This document shows positions 1 through 8,719 of a stretch of 20,000 bases of DNA, in pieces. The stretch lies in IMG/VR virus record IMGVR_UViG_2808606796_000002. One strand, 5' to 3'. The translations under genes and the position numbers were made by a program. The DNA is from an uncultured virus (IMG/VR IMGVR_UViG_2808606796_000002). Its lineage: Duplodnaviria > Heunggongvirae > Uroviricota > Caudoviricetes. The notes beneath the pieces were generated by a model, which was not told where the DNA came from, ran no database searches, and saw only the letters and a list, made by a program, of their open reading frames with translations. Every line of letters begins with the position of its first letter. The first letter of the stretch is position 1.

Positions 1-178
1 CATCCCAGCGGTCGACGGAAAGCGCCCAGGCCAGATACGGCAGCAGCGGCGCAGGACAGGTCTCCGGGTTCCAGAGCTGACGCAGTGGCACCGGTACACG
101 GGTGAGTTCCGCGCAGGCTTTCGCGGCCGCCAGCTCAAGCGGTGATGAACCCACCGGCAACAGGCGGACGCTATTCAT
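1..178 (-). CDS. I: P2 gpI-like baseplate/tail protein (5' part only, runs off the window)
   Basis: ATG at 178 overlaps the gpJ stop. It translates as MNSVRLLPVGSSPLELAAAKACAELTRVPVPLRQLWNPETCPAPLLPYLAWALSVDRWD, the typical gpI N-terminus. Confidence 0.92.
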   Translation of the reverse strand, partial: MNSVRLLPVGSSPLELAAAKACAELTRVPVPLRQLWNPETCPAPLLPYLAWALSVDRWD

Positions 179-1079
179 CGGAGCCACCGATAACGAGGCG
201 ATAATCGGTGCAGTACGAGGCCTGCGTGTCATCAAGCACGATATCGGCCAGCGGTTTTGCCAGTTCGACGCGCTGCACGCCTTCCACATGCAGGGCGGCA
301 TAAATGGCAGACTTGCGAATATCGCGCCCGAGGCGGTGCTGCGCACTGATGTAAGCCTTGAGTTTCGCTTCGGCAGCCTGCCTGACCGGCTCCATTTCCG
401 GGCCGGGATAAAGGTAAAGCGTGGCGTCGATTTCATAGTCGACAATGACCGCTGACTGCACCGTCACTCGGTCAGCCACCGGGCGCACGTTCTCATCATT
501 CAGGGCAAGACTGACGATATTCACCAGTTCGCTACTGGCAGTGCCGTTGCCCTCACGCGACAACACGGAAATGGTGACGCAGGCGGGTGACGGGCTGATT
601 ACCGACACATCCGCGACACGCCCGTCGGCACTGCGGCCATGAAACTGATACGCGCCGACCGGACCGGCGACACTCAGCCCTTCAAAGGACTGCTGAATGC
701 GCAGACGGAAATCACTGTCGGATTCCATCACGGCCAGCACCGGCGGGATAGCGGTGTCATCGGCAGGCGTAATGACCAGGCGGGTGACGTTATTATTTGC
801 GCCAAGCACATCGAGGTCATTTTCCCTGGAAAATGCCAGCATCACCGCCAGCGCCGACTCGTTGATGCGCTGGCGCAGCAGCAGCTCACGATAGGCGTTT
901 TCCTCCAGTAGTTTCACAATCGGCTCGGACTCCAGCGACAGCGTGCGGGCGATCGCTTCCTGCTCCTCTTCGGGATAGAGGGAAATCAGCGTCGCTTTGC
1001 GCTCGGCGAGTAAGGTTTCATAGTCCAGCACCTCGACCACATCCGGGGCGGGTAACTGGCTCAGGTCAATGGTTGCCAT
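171..1079 (-). CDS. J: Baseplate assembly protein gpJ
   Basis: 302 aa, MATIDLSQLPAPDVVE...EGLSVAGP; W-J-I synteny. Confidence 0.96.
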   Translation of the reverse strand: MATIDLSQLPAPDVVEVLDYETLLAERKATLISLYPEEEQEAIARTLSLESEPIVKLLEENAYRELLLRQRINESALAVMLAFSRENDLDVLGANNNVTRLVITPADDTAIPPVLAVMESDSDFRLRIQQSFEGLSVAGPVGAYQFHGRSADGRVADVSVISPSPACVTISVLSREGNGTASSELVNIVSLALNDENVRPVADRVTVQSAVIVDYEIDATLYLYPGPEMEPVRQAAEAKLKAYISAQHRLGRDIRKSAIYAALHVEGVQRVELAKPLADIVLDDTQASYCTDYRLVIGGSDE

Positions 1080-1083
1080 AGTG

Positions 1084-1434
1084 TCAGCTCAGGGGGATGG
1101 TTAAGGAAAATGACGCGCCACCGGTGCCGGTGCGCACGCCGGTGATGTCGACAAATAATGTGCCTGCGGTGGTGCTCTCAAAGGTGATGGCCGTCAGCCG
1201 GATGCGTGGCTCCCATTTCAGGATTGCCATGTAGCAGGCGGACATAATTTGCAGGCGCAGTGCCGGGTTATCGGGCTGGTCAATCAGTGCCGACAGCAGC
1301 GAACCGTAATCGCGGCGCATCACGCGTGAGCCAATGGGGGTGATAAGAATGTCGCGCACGCTCTGACTGATATGTCCGGAATCGGACACACTCAGACCAG
1401 TGGCACGATTCATGCCGAGATAACGCACCGTCAT
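1084..1434 (-). CDS. W: Baseplate wedge protein gpW (gp25 family)
   Basis: 116 aa with ILITPIGSRVMRRDYGS and WEPRI motifs. Confidence 0.95.
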   Translation of the reverse strand: MTVRYLGMNRATGLSVSDSGHISQSVRDILITPIGSRVMRRDYGSLLSALIDQPDNPALRLQIMSACYMAILKWEPRIRLTAITFESTTAGTLFVDITGVRTGTGGASFSLTIPLS

Positions 1435-2072
1435 TGCGTCCCCTCCGTCCGGCTTCCGCCACGCTCGACGCCACCGTGCTTATGGTCATCAACCTGCACA
1501 CCGTTGGATTTAAAGGTGCCGCCGCTGTGCTCGATATTGCCGCTCATCCTGCCGCCTTGCTTAACTTCCAGCGTGCCGGTGGTGAGCTTACTGGTGCAGA
1601 CCACTTCCGGCGTATCGAGGGTAATTTTCTGGCTGGCCTTAACCGTCACCACCGGCACAGTGACGACAACAGATTCAGACGCCGTGACCGAGGCGGTTTT
1701 AATGCCTGATACGGTGAGTGCGCCGGTTTCCGGTTCGTACTCCATCACGGCACCATCAGGGAAAGAAATATGCAGCGCGTCAGCAGAGGCTGATGGCGCG
1801 GGGTGGTCATCGGAATAGATGCCCGGCAGGACAAAAGCGGTGTCCAGCTCGCCGCCCACCGCCAGCACTAATATCTGCTCGCCGACAGACGGTGCCCACC
1901 ATGTACGCGAGCGACCGGCGCGGGGCGTTAGCCAGTGAAGCCAGTCGGTCGTAATCCCGCCGGTTTCAACACGACATAACGCCCGCGCGGTATCGACATC
2001 GGTCACGATGCCGGTGCGGATAAGATTGCGCATCTGGCGCGCAACTTCCTGGAGTGATGAGAGAGTATTCAT
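1431..2072 (-). CDS. V: Baseplate spike gpV
   Basis: NLIRTGIV, WWAPSVGEQ and the C-terminal HKH metal-binding motif. ATG at 2072 (213 aa) is preferred to the longer ORF start. Confidence 0.94.
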   Translation of the reverse strand: MNTLSSLQEVARQMRNLIRTGIVTDVDTARALCRVETGGITTDWLHWLTPRAGRSRTWWAPSVGEQILVLAVGGELDTAFVLPGIYSDDHPAPSASADALHISFPDGAVMEYEPETGALTVSGIKTASVTASESVVVTVPVVTVKASQKITLDTPEVVCTSKLTTGTLEVKQGGRMSGNIEHSGGTFKSNGVQVDDHKHGGVERGGSRTEGTQ

Positions 2073-2120
2073 AGGGGAAAGGATGCCGCCCGGAGCACCA
2101 GGCAGCAATGCATAAGCGTA

Positions 2121-2140
2121 TTGTCAGAAGTGACACAACA
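2121..2140 (-). promoter_or_regulatory. Probable late-promoter (pV) activator site of Ogr/186-B type
   Basis: TGTCA-GAAG-TGACA dyad. The 10-mer TGACACAACA (2131-2140) recurs in the O/P divergent promoter region (8646-8655). Confidence 0.5.
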
Positions 2141-2146
2141 TGGAGG

Positions 2147-2890
2147 TCAGTCGTTATATACTTTTTTGATTATTTCCATACATTCAGCGTGCGCTAAATT
2201 ATGGTCATCAAACTCTTTATTAAAAAAGAAGAAAAATGCTTTTTTCACTTGCGGTATTTCGATAAAAATAAATTCATCAACTTTATGAAAAAAGTGAAAG
2301 CTTTCATTGCTTGTTTCAAATATCAAAAGAGAGTTTGATTTCTTAGCCTTCCTTTTCTTTATTAGCTCTCTCCTGCTTTTTCTGATGGTATTAAAAACTT
2401 TATGTGGAGTAGTGTCTATCTCACCCCAGAACATGGCGACAGGGATATCAGAAAGGAAAGGTATATATTCCTTCCCCTTATAACGAAGAAATTTCGACCT
2501 AAGATCCATTAGTTGCAATTTAAACCCAAGATATTGCAACCACCAAATAATGCAATCGACTTCAAATTGATTGAGGTCTCCGCCATTTTTTTCTAATAAT
2601 ATTCTTTTGAGATTATCCTCAAAAGCACCAAGCAATTCTGAATTACAAACCCTACAAGCTGGAATTGTGGTTTTGATGTAACTAGAAGATTGATTGTTTT
2701 TGGTGTTAACGAGGGATTTATTTTGGTTAGCTTCGAAAGCCCATTGAGGTATGACATGCTCTCGAGTAATTTCATTTTCACTTCCACACAGCACACAGAT
2801 ATCCGTCCCGTGTTCTGAAATAACCTTATTCATTACTAATCTTTGCGAAGCCTTTATTTTAGCTCTCAGCAAACTAAATTTCTCATCCAT
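2147..2890 (-). CDS. AT-rich accessory protein with an N-terminal Zn-binding HNH nuclease domain
   Basis: 247 aa; CVLC...TREHVIP...IPACRVCN. It is much more AT-rich than its flanks and is inserted between S and V. Confidence 0.8.
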   Translation of the reverse strand: MDEKFSLLRAKIKASQRLVMNKVISEHGTDICVLCGSENEITREHVIPQWAFEANQNKSLVNTKNNQSSSYIKTTIPACRVCNSELLGAFEDNLKRILLEKNGGDLNQFEVDCIIWWLQYLGFKLQLMDLRSKFLRYKGKEYIPFLSDIPVAMFWGEIDTTPHKVFNTIRKSRRELIKKRKAKKSNSLLIFETSNESFHFFHKVDEFIFIEIPQVKKAFFFFFNKEFDDHNLAHAECMEIIKKVYND

Positions 2891-2900
2891 TGTTAGGCCA

Positions 2901-3362
2901 TTAATTCTTAAAAGATTCCGACAGCGTAATTAATAACTCCTTTTCAATCAGCTGTATAGATGTTTTGTCGATGCCCAATAATGGTCTAGCCTCGTACTGC
3001 ACACTCTCACTGTAGCGGTTAGGCTTATCTTTTAACCCTTCCTGATGCACCCGCGCCATACGCTGCACCCGCCCGGTAAACTCCACCACAGCAGCCTCAT
3101 TGGTGCCTTTCGCTTTCATATACCGGTTGGTGCGCAGCTTCGTGAACATCTGACGTTTCACCCGACCTTTTTTGCCTTTCACTGGCTGGCGTTTCCGGGC
3201 GGCATACGGTGTGCCGTCCGGTGCCTGCTGGCGCTTGATGCGTTGCTGCTGCGAGGTTCTGAGTTGTTTCGCAATCTCTGCCGTCATTCTGCGGCGCGCA
3301 GCCGGTGACAGGCTGGCAATCAGCCCGGCGAGTTTATCCTCGAAAGGCTTGAACTCATTCAT
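2901..3362 (-). CDS. S: Tail completion/virion morphogenesis protein gpS
   Basis: 153 aa, RIKRQQAPDGTPYAARK...RVHQEG...RPLLG. Confidence 0.93.
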   Translation of the reverse strand: MNEFKPFEDKLAGLIASLSPAARRRMTAEIAKQLRTSQQQRIKRQQAPDGTPYAARKRQPVKGKKGRVKRQMFTKLRTNRYMKAKGTNEAAVVEFTGRVQRMARVHQEGLKDKPNRYSESVQYEARPLLGIDKTSIQLIEKELLITLSESFKN

Positions 3363-3822
3363 ACCACTGACTCACCAGCTCGCCATGCGCATAAAGCTCC
3401 ATTGGCCGCGTGACGTTCTCCGGCAATGGTGGCTCGGCTGCATGTTTCACGTGCAGCGCTTCACCTTCCTGCCTGACCAGCGTGCGCTCAGTCAGCATCA
3501 GGCTGATACTGACATCAACGCTTTCGTCATCGTTGATATCGGCGATATACGTGAAGCCTCTTTTCTTACCCTCGTCAGTGGTCATGATGTCGGGCTGGTT
3601 TTCCCGCAGCCAGGCATTGACCGGCACGATGAGATAATCCAGATCGCCGTGATAATCCGTGACCACGATGTTGAGCGTGTACTGATTTTCAAACGACAAC
3701 GAGGTCGCAAGGGTTGCAGCAATTTTCCCGCTGTCGATAAAAATGCGCAGCATGTCCGGGTTATTACGCAGCACCGGCGCTGCATCACAAAGGGCTTTGC
3801 GTAAATTGGCGGGCTTGAGCAT
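3355..3822 (-). CDS. R: Tail completion protein gpR
   Basis: MLKPANLRKAL...WLRENQPD...LTER; ATG at 3822 gives 155 aa. Confidence 0.93.
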   Translation of the reverse strand: MLKPANLRKALCDAAPVLRNNPDMLRIFIDSGKIAATLATSLSFENQYTLNIVVTDYHGDLDYLIVPVNAWLRENQPDIMTTDEGKKRGFTYIADINDDESVDVSISLMLTERTLVRQEGEALHVKHAAEPPLPENVTRPMELYAHGELVSQWYE

Positions 3823-4075
3823 CGAGTTCGTCCTGGCAATGTTTTGTGGTTTCAGTCTGGGCTGCACAACTCACCAGTGCCGCCTCAAGCTGGCGAATGT
3901 CCGCGCTTAAATCGCCGTTAGTGCGCGGGCGGCTTGCCGGTATCTGGCACAGCGCCACTTTCGGACAGCCACTGTAAATAATCGGCGGTGGTGGTGAAGG
4001 CGGGGCGGGTGTGCAGCCGGATAATGTCATCAGGCAAATCAGACTCATACCACTCACGCAGCGCTTTATTTTCAT
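3785..4075 (-). CDS. lysC: o-spanin lipoprotein (LysC/Rz1-like), overlapping lysB in another frame
   Basis: Lipobox LSGC followed by a Pro-rich segment and TNGDL; overlaps the 3' end of the i-spanin. Confidence 0.88.
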   Translation of the reverse strand: MKIKRCVSGMSLICLMTLSGCTPAPPSPPPPIIYSGCPKVALCQIPASRPRTNGDLSADIRQLEAALVSCAAQTETTKHCQDELDAQARQFTQSPL

Positions 4076-4343
4076 TGAGTAACCTCGTCACGGTGTTGCC
4101 ACGGTTCGCCGCCAGGGTATTCGCGGTGGCGAGTTTATTGCGTAAATCAACCTGAGCCTGCTCGTTACGCTGCCGGAGTCTGGCGGCAACATCGAGCTGA
4201 TTGCGCAGCATGGTTATCTGGGTTTTCTGCTCTCCGGCAACACGGTTGGCCTTTTCAAACGAGCGGGTGAGCGTGCTGTTTTCGCGCTTCATCCACACCA
4301 GACCGGCGACGGCCAGTAACAGCAAAATCATCAGCGTTTTCAT
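3918..4343 (-). CDS. lysB: i-spanin (LysB/Rz-like)
   Basis: N-terminal TM, coiled coil and RLLNENKALREW...LPDDIIRL; lies downstream of the endolysin. Confidence 0.9.
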   Translation of the reverse strand: MKTLMILLLLAVAGLVWMKRENSTLTRSFEKANRVAGEQKTQITMLRNQLDVAARLRQRNEQAQVDLRNKLATANTLAANRGNTVTRLLNENKALREWYESDLPDDIIRLHTRPAFTTTADYLQWLSESGAVPDTGKPPAH

Positions 4344-4848
4344 TGCACCCCCTTCAGGCAGTAAGCACGCTCACGTGCGCGGCGGTTTTCCAACCCGGTA
4401 TTTCTGACGCCATTCACAAACACCCAGCGCGGCAACTGATCACAAACCTGCCACCACTGATGACGCTTGATGTAACTCACCATCGTTGAGCGACAGGCCG
4501 CCCCGGTGCCGACGTTAAACGCAAAACTGACCACCGCGTCATACACCGGCTGCGGCATATCGACCGGCACGCAGACAGCAAGGCGGCGCTCAACATTCAG
4601 CACGTCGCTGACCAGGTTCTGCGCGGCCTGCTGCTCGGTGATATTGCCTTTCGGGGTGACGCCTGCGGTGTGACCGATGCCCGATGTCCAGACACCGGCG
4701 CTGCACTGGTACGGTTTCAGGCGGCACCCTTCGAGGTCAGCAATCAGCGCCAGCCCGTGGGTGAGGTTTTCAGTAAGCGGAAATCCGGCACCAGGACGGC
4801 GAGCGCCAGCACCACGGCCACGCTGCAACGTTTAACGATTGATGCCAC
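4340..4848 (-). pseudogene. SAR endolysin (P1 Lyz-like muramidase), frameshifted by an apparent 1-nt deletion near 4758
   Basis: GTG at 4848 gives MASIVKRCSVAVVLALAVLVPDFRLLKTSP-TGWR* (TGA at 4744-4746). The catalytic part GLALIADLEGCRLKPYQCSAGVWT continues in the -1 frame. The span is 509 nt, one short of a multiple of 3. Confidence 0.85.
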
Positions 4849-5053
4849 GTATCACCCCCTCATCCAGCCCCATTGCGCGCAGATAGCGGAAGGTCTGACG
4901 GCGATACCAGAAATTCACCAGCGCGGTGAAAATCGCACAGCCTCCGCCGACATACAGCGCCATTTTTTCCGGCGTCTGCGTCCCGAAATACGCCAGCGCC
5001 ACCGACAGCCAGTAGGTGACAAACGTCGTGATTTTTTCCATTGTCAGTCCCAT
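4832..5053 (-). CDS. Holin (HP1/186-type)
   Basis: 73 aa with hydrophobic segments and FTALVNFWYRR; lies immediately upstream of the endolysin. Confidence 0.88.
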   Translation of the reverse strand: MGLTMEKITTFVTYWLSVALAYFGTQTPEKMALYVGGGCAIFTALVNFWYRRQTFRYLRAMGLDEGVIRGINR

Positions 5054-5247
5054 AAGTTCAGCGTCTCCGCAACAGGGGAAGAATCGATATCCGGCAGCTC
5101 AACAGCGGTGCCGTGGGGCATTTCTTCGCCCATATCGGCGAGACCGGGATTTGCCAGCAGCACCGCTTCGACCACGCCCCCGGTGCGCCCGTAATGGCGC
5201 GCACAGAGTGCATCCAGCGTGTCGCCCTGGAGGGCAATCACCCTCAT
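5044..5247 (-). CDS. X: Tail protein gpX (LysM-like)
   Basis: ATG at 5247: MRVIALQGDTLDALCARHYG...ANPGLA...LNLWD, 67 aa. Confidence 0.93.
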   Translation of the reverse strand: MRVIALQGDTLDALCARHYGRTGGVVEAVLLANPGLADMGEEMPHGTAVELPDIDSSPVAETLNLWD

Positions 5248-5744
5248 CAGATTTGCCCGATGATGCAGCGTGATTTCCCCTGCAACCGGGACACCGCCCA
5301 GCGCATATCGCGCCACAGCTCATCAATGGTGGTTTCCACGTCGTCGGCTTTTTTGTCGCCTCTGGCGCTCGCATCCACGCCGCGATAACGCTCGTAAAGG
5401 GTTGCGGTGGTCATCGCCACCACAGCGCGCAGGTAGTAAAAACAGCGCACGCTTTCGCCGTCGAGTATTTCGGCAGGTACATCGGCCAGGCACTCAAAAC
5501 CGAGTGCCATCTGCGCGCTGCGGTACTCGAATAACTCGGCGTTGGTCTCGGCGATACCGTCCTTAATCGCCACCCGCAACCGCTCCGGGGTGACGGTGTG
5601 CTCAAGGCGCATCAGCTCCCGGACGCGCACCGGGTCGACTGCCGGGAAAAAGAAGGTGTTGCTGATAACCGGCTCGCGCACCGGCGGCGGGGGAATAACC
5701 ACACCCGGCGAAACATCGGGCTTGCTGATAATCACTGTCGTCAT
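5247..5744 (-). CDS. L: Head completion protein gpL
   Basis: 165 aa, NTFFFP...YERYRGVDAS...RWAVSRL. Confidence 0.92.
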   Translation of the reverse strand: MTTVIISKPDVSPGVVIPPPPVREPVISNTFFFPAVDPVRVRELMRLEHTVTPERLRVAIKDGIAETNAELFEYRSAQMALGFECLADVPAEILDGESVRCFYYLRAVVAMTTATLYERYRGVDASARGDKKADDVETTIDELWRDMRWAVSRLQGKSRCIIGQI

Positions 5745-5835
5745 GACAACCTCAAAATAGGTGGACGGTGGACGCCGGTATCGATGAAGGACGAACCTGT
5801 CTCAACCGGCGTGCCGTCCGGCGCGGGGCGCATTC

Positions 5836-6588
5836 TTAACCGGTGGTTTTATCCACTTTGCGGGGGCGACCGCGTTTGCCTGGTGTGGTCGCAGGTTTAC
5901 GCGCTCTGGGTTTTGTCTTTAGCTTTTTAACCGGTGCGGGTTTCGGCTTAAGCGCACTTTCGAGACGCTCAATGTCCTTTTTCACCCCCGCCTGTGCATC
6001 GAGCTGCATCGCACGCTTGAGGTGCTCCAGCGCATCCGCCAGCAGCCCGGCGTCACGCAGTACCAGCCCGGTAATTTTGTGCAGGCGTCCGCGCACTTTG
6101 TCGGGCATATCGGCGGCACTGGTCAGCGTCTGGGTTGCCAGCAGCAGCGTAATATCAACCGGCTCACCGGCGGCGTGAGCACGCATGGCCGCCAGTGCCA
6201 CATCCTCTGCCAGCACATACGGCGTGGTGCGCTTGTGCAGGGCGGGCATGGTGAGACCGTACTGCATCGCGTAGCGGGCAATTTCCAGCGCACCGGCAAT
6301 GTCACCGGCATCGAGCTTCCACAGCATGACGGTCATCACGATGTCATCCTGCGCGCCTTTGCCCTCACTCAGCACCCCGGCAACCCACGGCGCATAGGAC
6401 GGCAACAGCGCGCGCTTTTTGTCCGCCTTGCGCTCAATGGAATGAATGGTTTTTAACGTGCGTTGGTCGGCAGCCAGTTTGACCAGCATCTGCTCGTAAG
6501 CACTTGCATGGCGCAGCGGGTTATCGTCCCGCTGCGCGGTCACAATGGCCGAGACCCGCATCATGTGACGTGCGGCGGGACTCGTCAT
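5836..6588 (-). CDS. M: Terminase small subunit gpM
   Basis: 250 aa, MTSPAARH...QDDIVMTVMLWKLDAGD...GVKKDIERLE. Confidence 0.94.
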   Translation of the reverse strand: MTSPAARHMMRVSAIVTAQRDDNPLRHASAYEQMLVKLAADQRTLKTIHSIERKADKKRALLPSYAPWVAGVLSEGKGAQDDIVMTVMLWKLDAGDIAGALEIARYAMQYGLTMPALHKRTTPYVLAEDVALAAMRAHAAGEPVDITLLLATQTLTSAADMPDKVRGRLHKITGLVLRDAGLLADALEHLKRAMQLDAQAGVKKDIERLESALKPKPAPVKKLKTKPRARKPATTPGKRGRPRKVDKTTG

Positions 6589-6591
6589 GGC

Positions 6592-7665
6592 TTACGCCTC
6601 CTGCGCCGGTTCATCTTTCGGCGGCTCAGGGAACTCACCGAGCGTGATGTTTTCCACCAGGCAACCGGCGGCGTAGTCTTCAATCACGTAATCAATGTTC
6701 ATTGATTCGTAGTTTTCGATGCGGTCGAGCTTGCCGTTCTCATCAATGATGCGGCGGTGACTGTCGTCCATGTAGTAAATGGACAGGTTTTCCAGCGTGG
6801 TGACCATCAGGCCATTGGCCGGGAAGTACGGTACGCGCACCGCGGGCAGATTACCGATGCGTTTCTGGCTGACAATCACATCCGCCGCCATCGCTTCGGT
6901 GTTGGCCTGGTCCTGGTTCACAATCGGGAAATATTTGTCCGCCAGCAGCTGACGACCGCAGATGACAACTAAATCCGGATCTTCCTGATACCACGGCGCA
7001 ATCAGGTTGTTGGTCGCATCCATCACCAGCGCGTCGAGGTTGGCAAAATCGCCGTGTTTACCCACGCGGATCACATCAGAAATAATGCTGCCATCATCGG
7101 CGGTGACTTTATCCATCACGCGCGCTTTCGCTTCGTTGCGGTACTTCTGCAACCAGCCGACGGCTACATCCTGCAACAGTGGATTTTTGCTGCGGTCAGA
7201 GGTGGCCGCACGCTTGATACCGTTGAAACCGGCCATCATTAAATCGAGCGACTGACGCTTGATAATGGCGTTGCGAATACGGAGCTGAAAGTCCTGGAAA
7301 CGCGCCCATAAATCCAGCGTGCGGAAACGAATATGGAAATCGAAGTTAATCTGGTCACATTCGTATTTGTTGGACTCCAGCGCGGTGAAATCTTCGGTTT
7401 TGCGTTCGTCACCGCTGGCGGTATCGGCGGTGCTGGCAATCGAGCCGGAGACACCGACACCGATTTTTTCACCCTTCATTTCCGCGACCGGCACCATGTT
7501 GATGCGGGTCAGAAAGTCGGATGACTCCTGCATGGTGTTCATCAGGGTCTGTGTGACGGACGGGTCGACGCTGAATTTTTTGGTCATATCACCGGCGTCG
7601 ACGTTGTTGAGCTTCGCCACCTGGGTGAGATAGGCATTAAATTTAAATCGGGTCTGTGGCTTCAT
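6592..7665 (-). CDS. N: Major capsid protein gpN
   Basis: 357 aa, TRFKFNAYL...NPLLQDVAVGWLQKYR. Confidence 0.97.
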   Translation of the reverse strand: MKPQTRFKFNAYLTQVAKLNNVDAGDMTKKFSVDPSVTQTLMNTMQESSDFLTRINMVPVAEMKGEKIGVGVSGSIASTADTASGDERKTEDFTALESNKYECDQINFDFHIRFRTLDLWARFQDFQLRIRNAIIKRQSLDLMMAGFNGIKRAATSDRSKNPLLQDVAVGWLQKYRNEAKARVMDKVTADDGSIISDVIRVGKHGDFANLDALVMDATNNLIAPWYQEDPDLVVICGRQLLADKYFPIVNQDQANTEAMAADVIVSQKRIGNLPAVRVPYFPANGLMVTTLENLSIYYMDDSHRRIIDENGKLDRIENYESMNIDYVIEDYAAGCLVENITLGEFPEPPKDEPAQEA

Positions 7666-7701
7666 TGTTATTCCTGAATGAGTGTTGGTTTTGTTCCGGG
7701 C

Positions 7702-8556
7702 TTAGCAGTTGGTCAGCATCGAGTCGCCATTGCCGCCGCTCGACGGTTCACGGCGGCGCTGCGCAAAGCTTTCGGTTTTATCGAGGGAGGTTTCCAGCGC
7801 TGACAGCTTTTGCTGGCTTTCTTCAAGCTGAGTGATGAGTTCGCCCTTGAGGGTGCTGAAGGATTGCTCCATCGCATTCAGGCGCTGCTCGGTGGCGTCG
7901 TGGTTGGCCTGCACCTGCTCGGTGACCACCGTTACCGCCTCATGCACGTCGTTAAAACGTGCATCGTCATCCGCCTGTTTACGACTGAAAATACCTTTCA
8001 CGGTGTCGGTCAGTTTGGTCAGCAGGGTGTCGGGCTGGTCTTCAAATTCCAGTTCGGCCAGGGTGGCGACAGAGAACAAATCTTCCGGGCGTTCTTTGCG
8101 GCCAGAAAGCGGATTGGTTTTCGCTCGGGAGCAAAATTCCAGATATTCCGTGCCGAGGCTTGCCGGGTCGTCAGTGACCGCGAGGCCAATCAGATAGCAC
8201 TTGCCGGAGTTGGAGAAATTCGGGCGAATTTCCATGGAGGTATAGACCTTCTGGCCTTTACCGACCATTTCGACCAGGTTCGCCAGCGGAGTGATGCGGG
8301 CGAACAGCGCGAGCTTGCCGTTCAGCGCTGAATCATCATCAATGGTTTCAGCTTTCAGCTCGGTGACATCGCCGTATCGGCAGAAAGGACTGTCGGGTAA
8401 CACACTGGTGATGTGTTCGAGGTTGATGCGTGCGCCGTAAACACGTGGGTCGAATGAATCGGCCATTTCCTGAATGTCGGTGCCGCTGATGACGCGACCG
8501 TCACAGGTGTCACCTTCGACGCCGATGCGGAACCATTTAGAAACTTTTTTTGCCAT
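7702..8556 (-). CDS. O: Capsid scaffolding/protease gpO
   Basis: 284 aa, SKWFRIGVEGDTCDGR...INLEH...GLAVTDDPASLGTE. Confidence 0.96.
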   Translation of the reverse strand: MAKKVSKWFRIGVEGDTCDGRVISGTDIQEMADSFDPRVYGARINLEHITSVLPDSPFCRYGDVTELKAETIDDDSALNGKLALFARITPLANLVEMVGKGQKVYTSMEIRPNFSNSGKCYLIGLAVTDDPASLGTEYLEFCSRAKTNPLSGRKERPEDLFSVATLAELEFEDQPDTLLTKLTDTVKGIFSRKQADDDARFNDVHEAVTVVTEQVQANHDATEQRLNAMEQSFSTLKGELITQLEESQQKLSALETSLDKTESFAQRRREPSSGGNGDSMLTNC

Positions 8557-8719
8557 GGTCAGGAGTCCTGAGTGTGGGTGATTGGGTCAGGCTTAGTTTC
8601 CAGACTCCACACCCGGCCTGCCATTCATCCCGGATGGCTTACCCCTGACACAACAGCACCTTAGCGCGCATCCATCCTCGCTTCAGTAGCCTTGCATCAT
8701 CGAATAACGCGAGGCAATC
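8557..8719. promoter_or_regulatory. Divergent late promoter region pO/pP
   Basis: Intergenic region between divergent O and P, as in P2; contains the TGACACAACA shared with the region upstream of V. Confidence 0.65.

Noticed and set aside
4744..4775. Programmed -1 frameshift in the endolysin
   Set aside because: There is no X-XXY-YYZ slippery heptamer before the stop; a mutation or sequencing error is simpler.
4760..4828. ORF-track N-terminus of the endolysin (TTG start, MQRGRGAGARR...)
   Set aside because: It is an out-of-frame reading of the SAR-coding region; the real start is GTG 4848.
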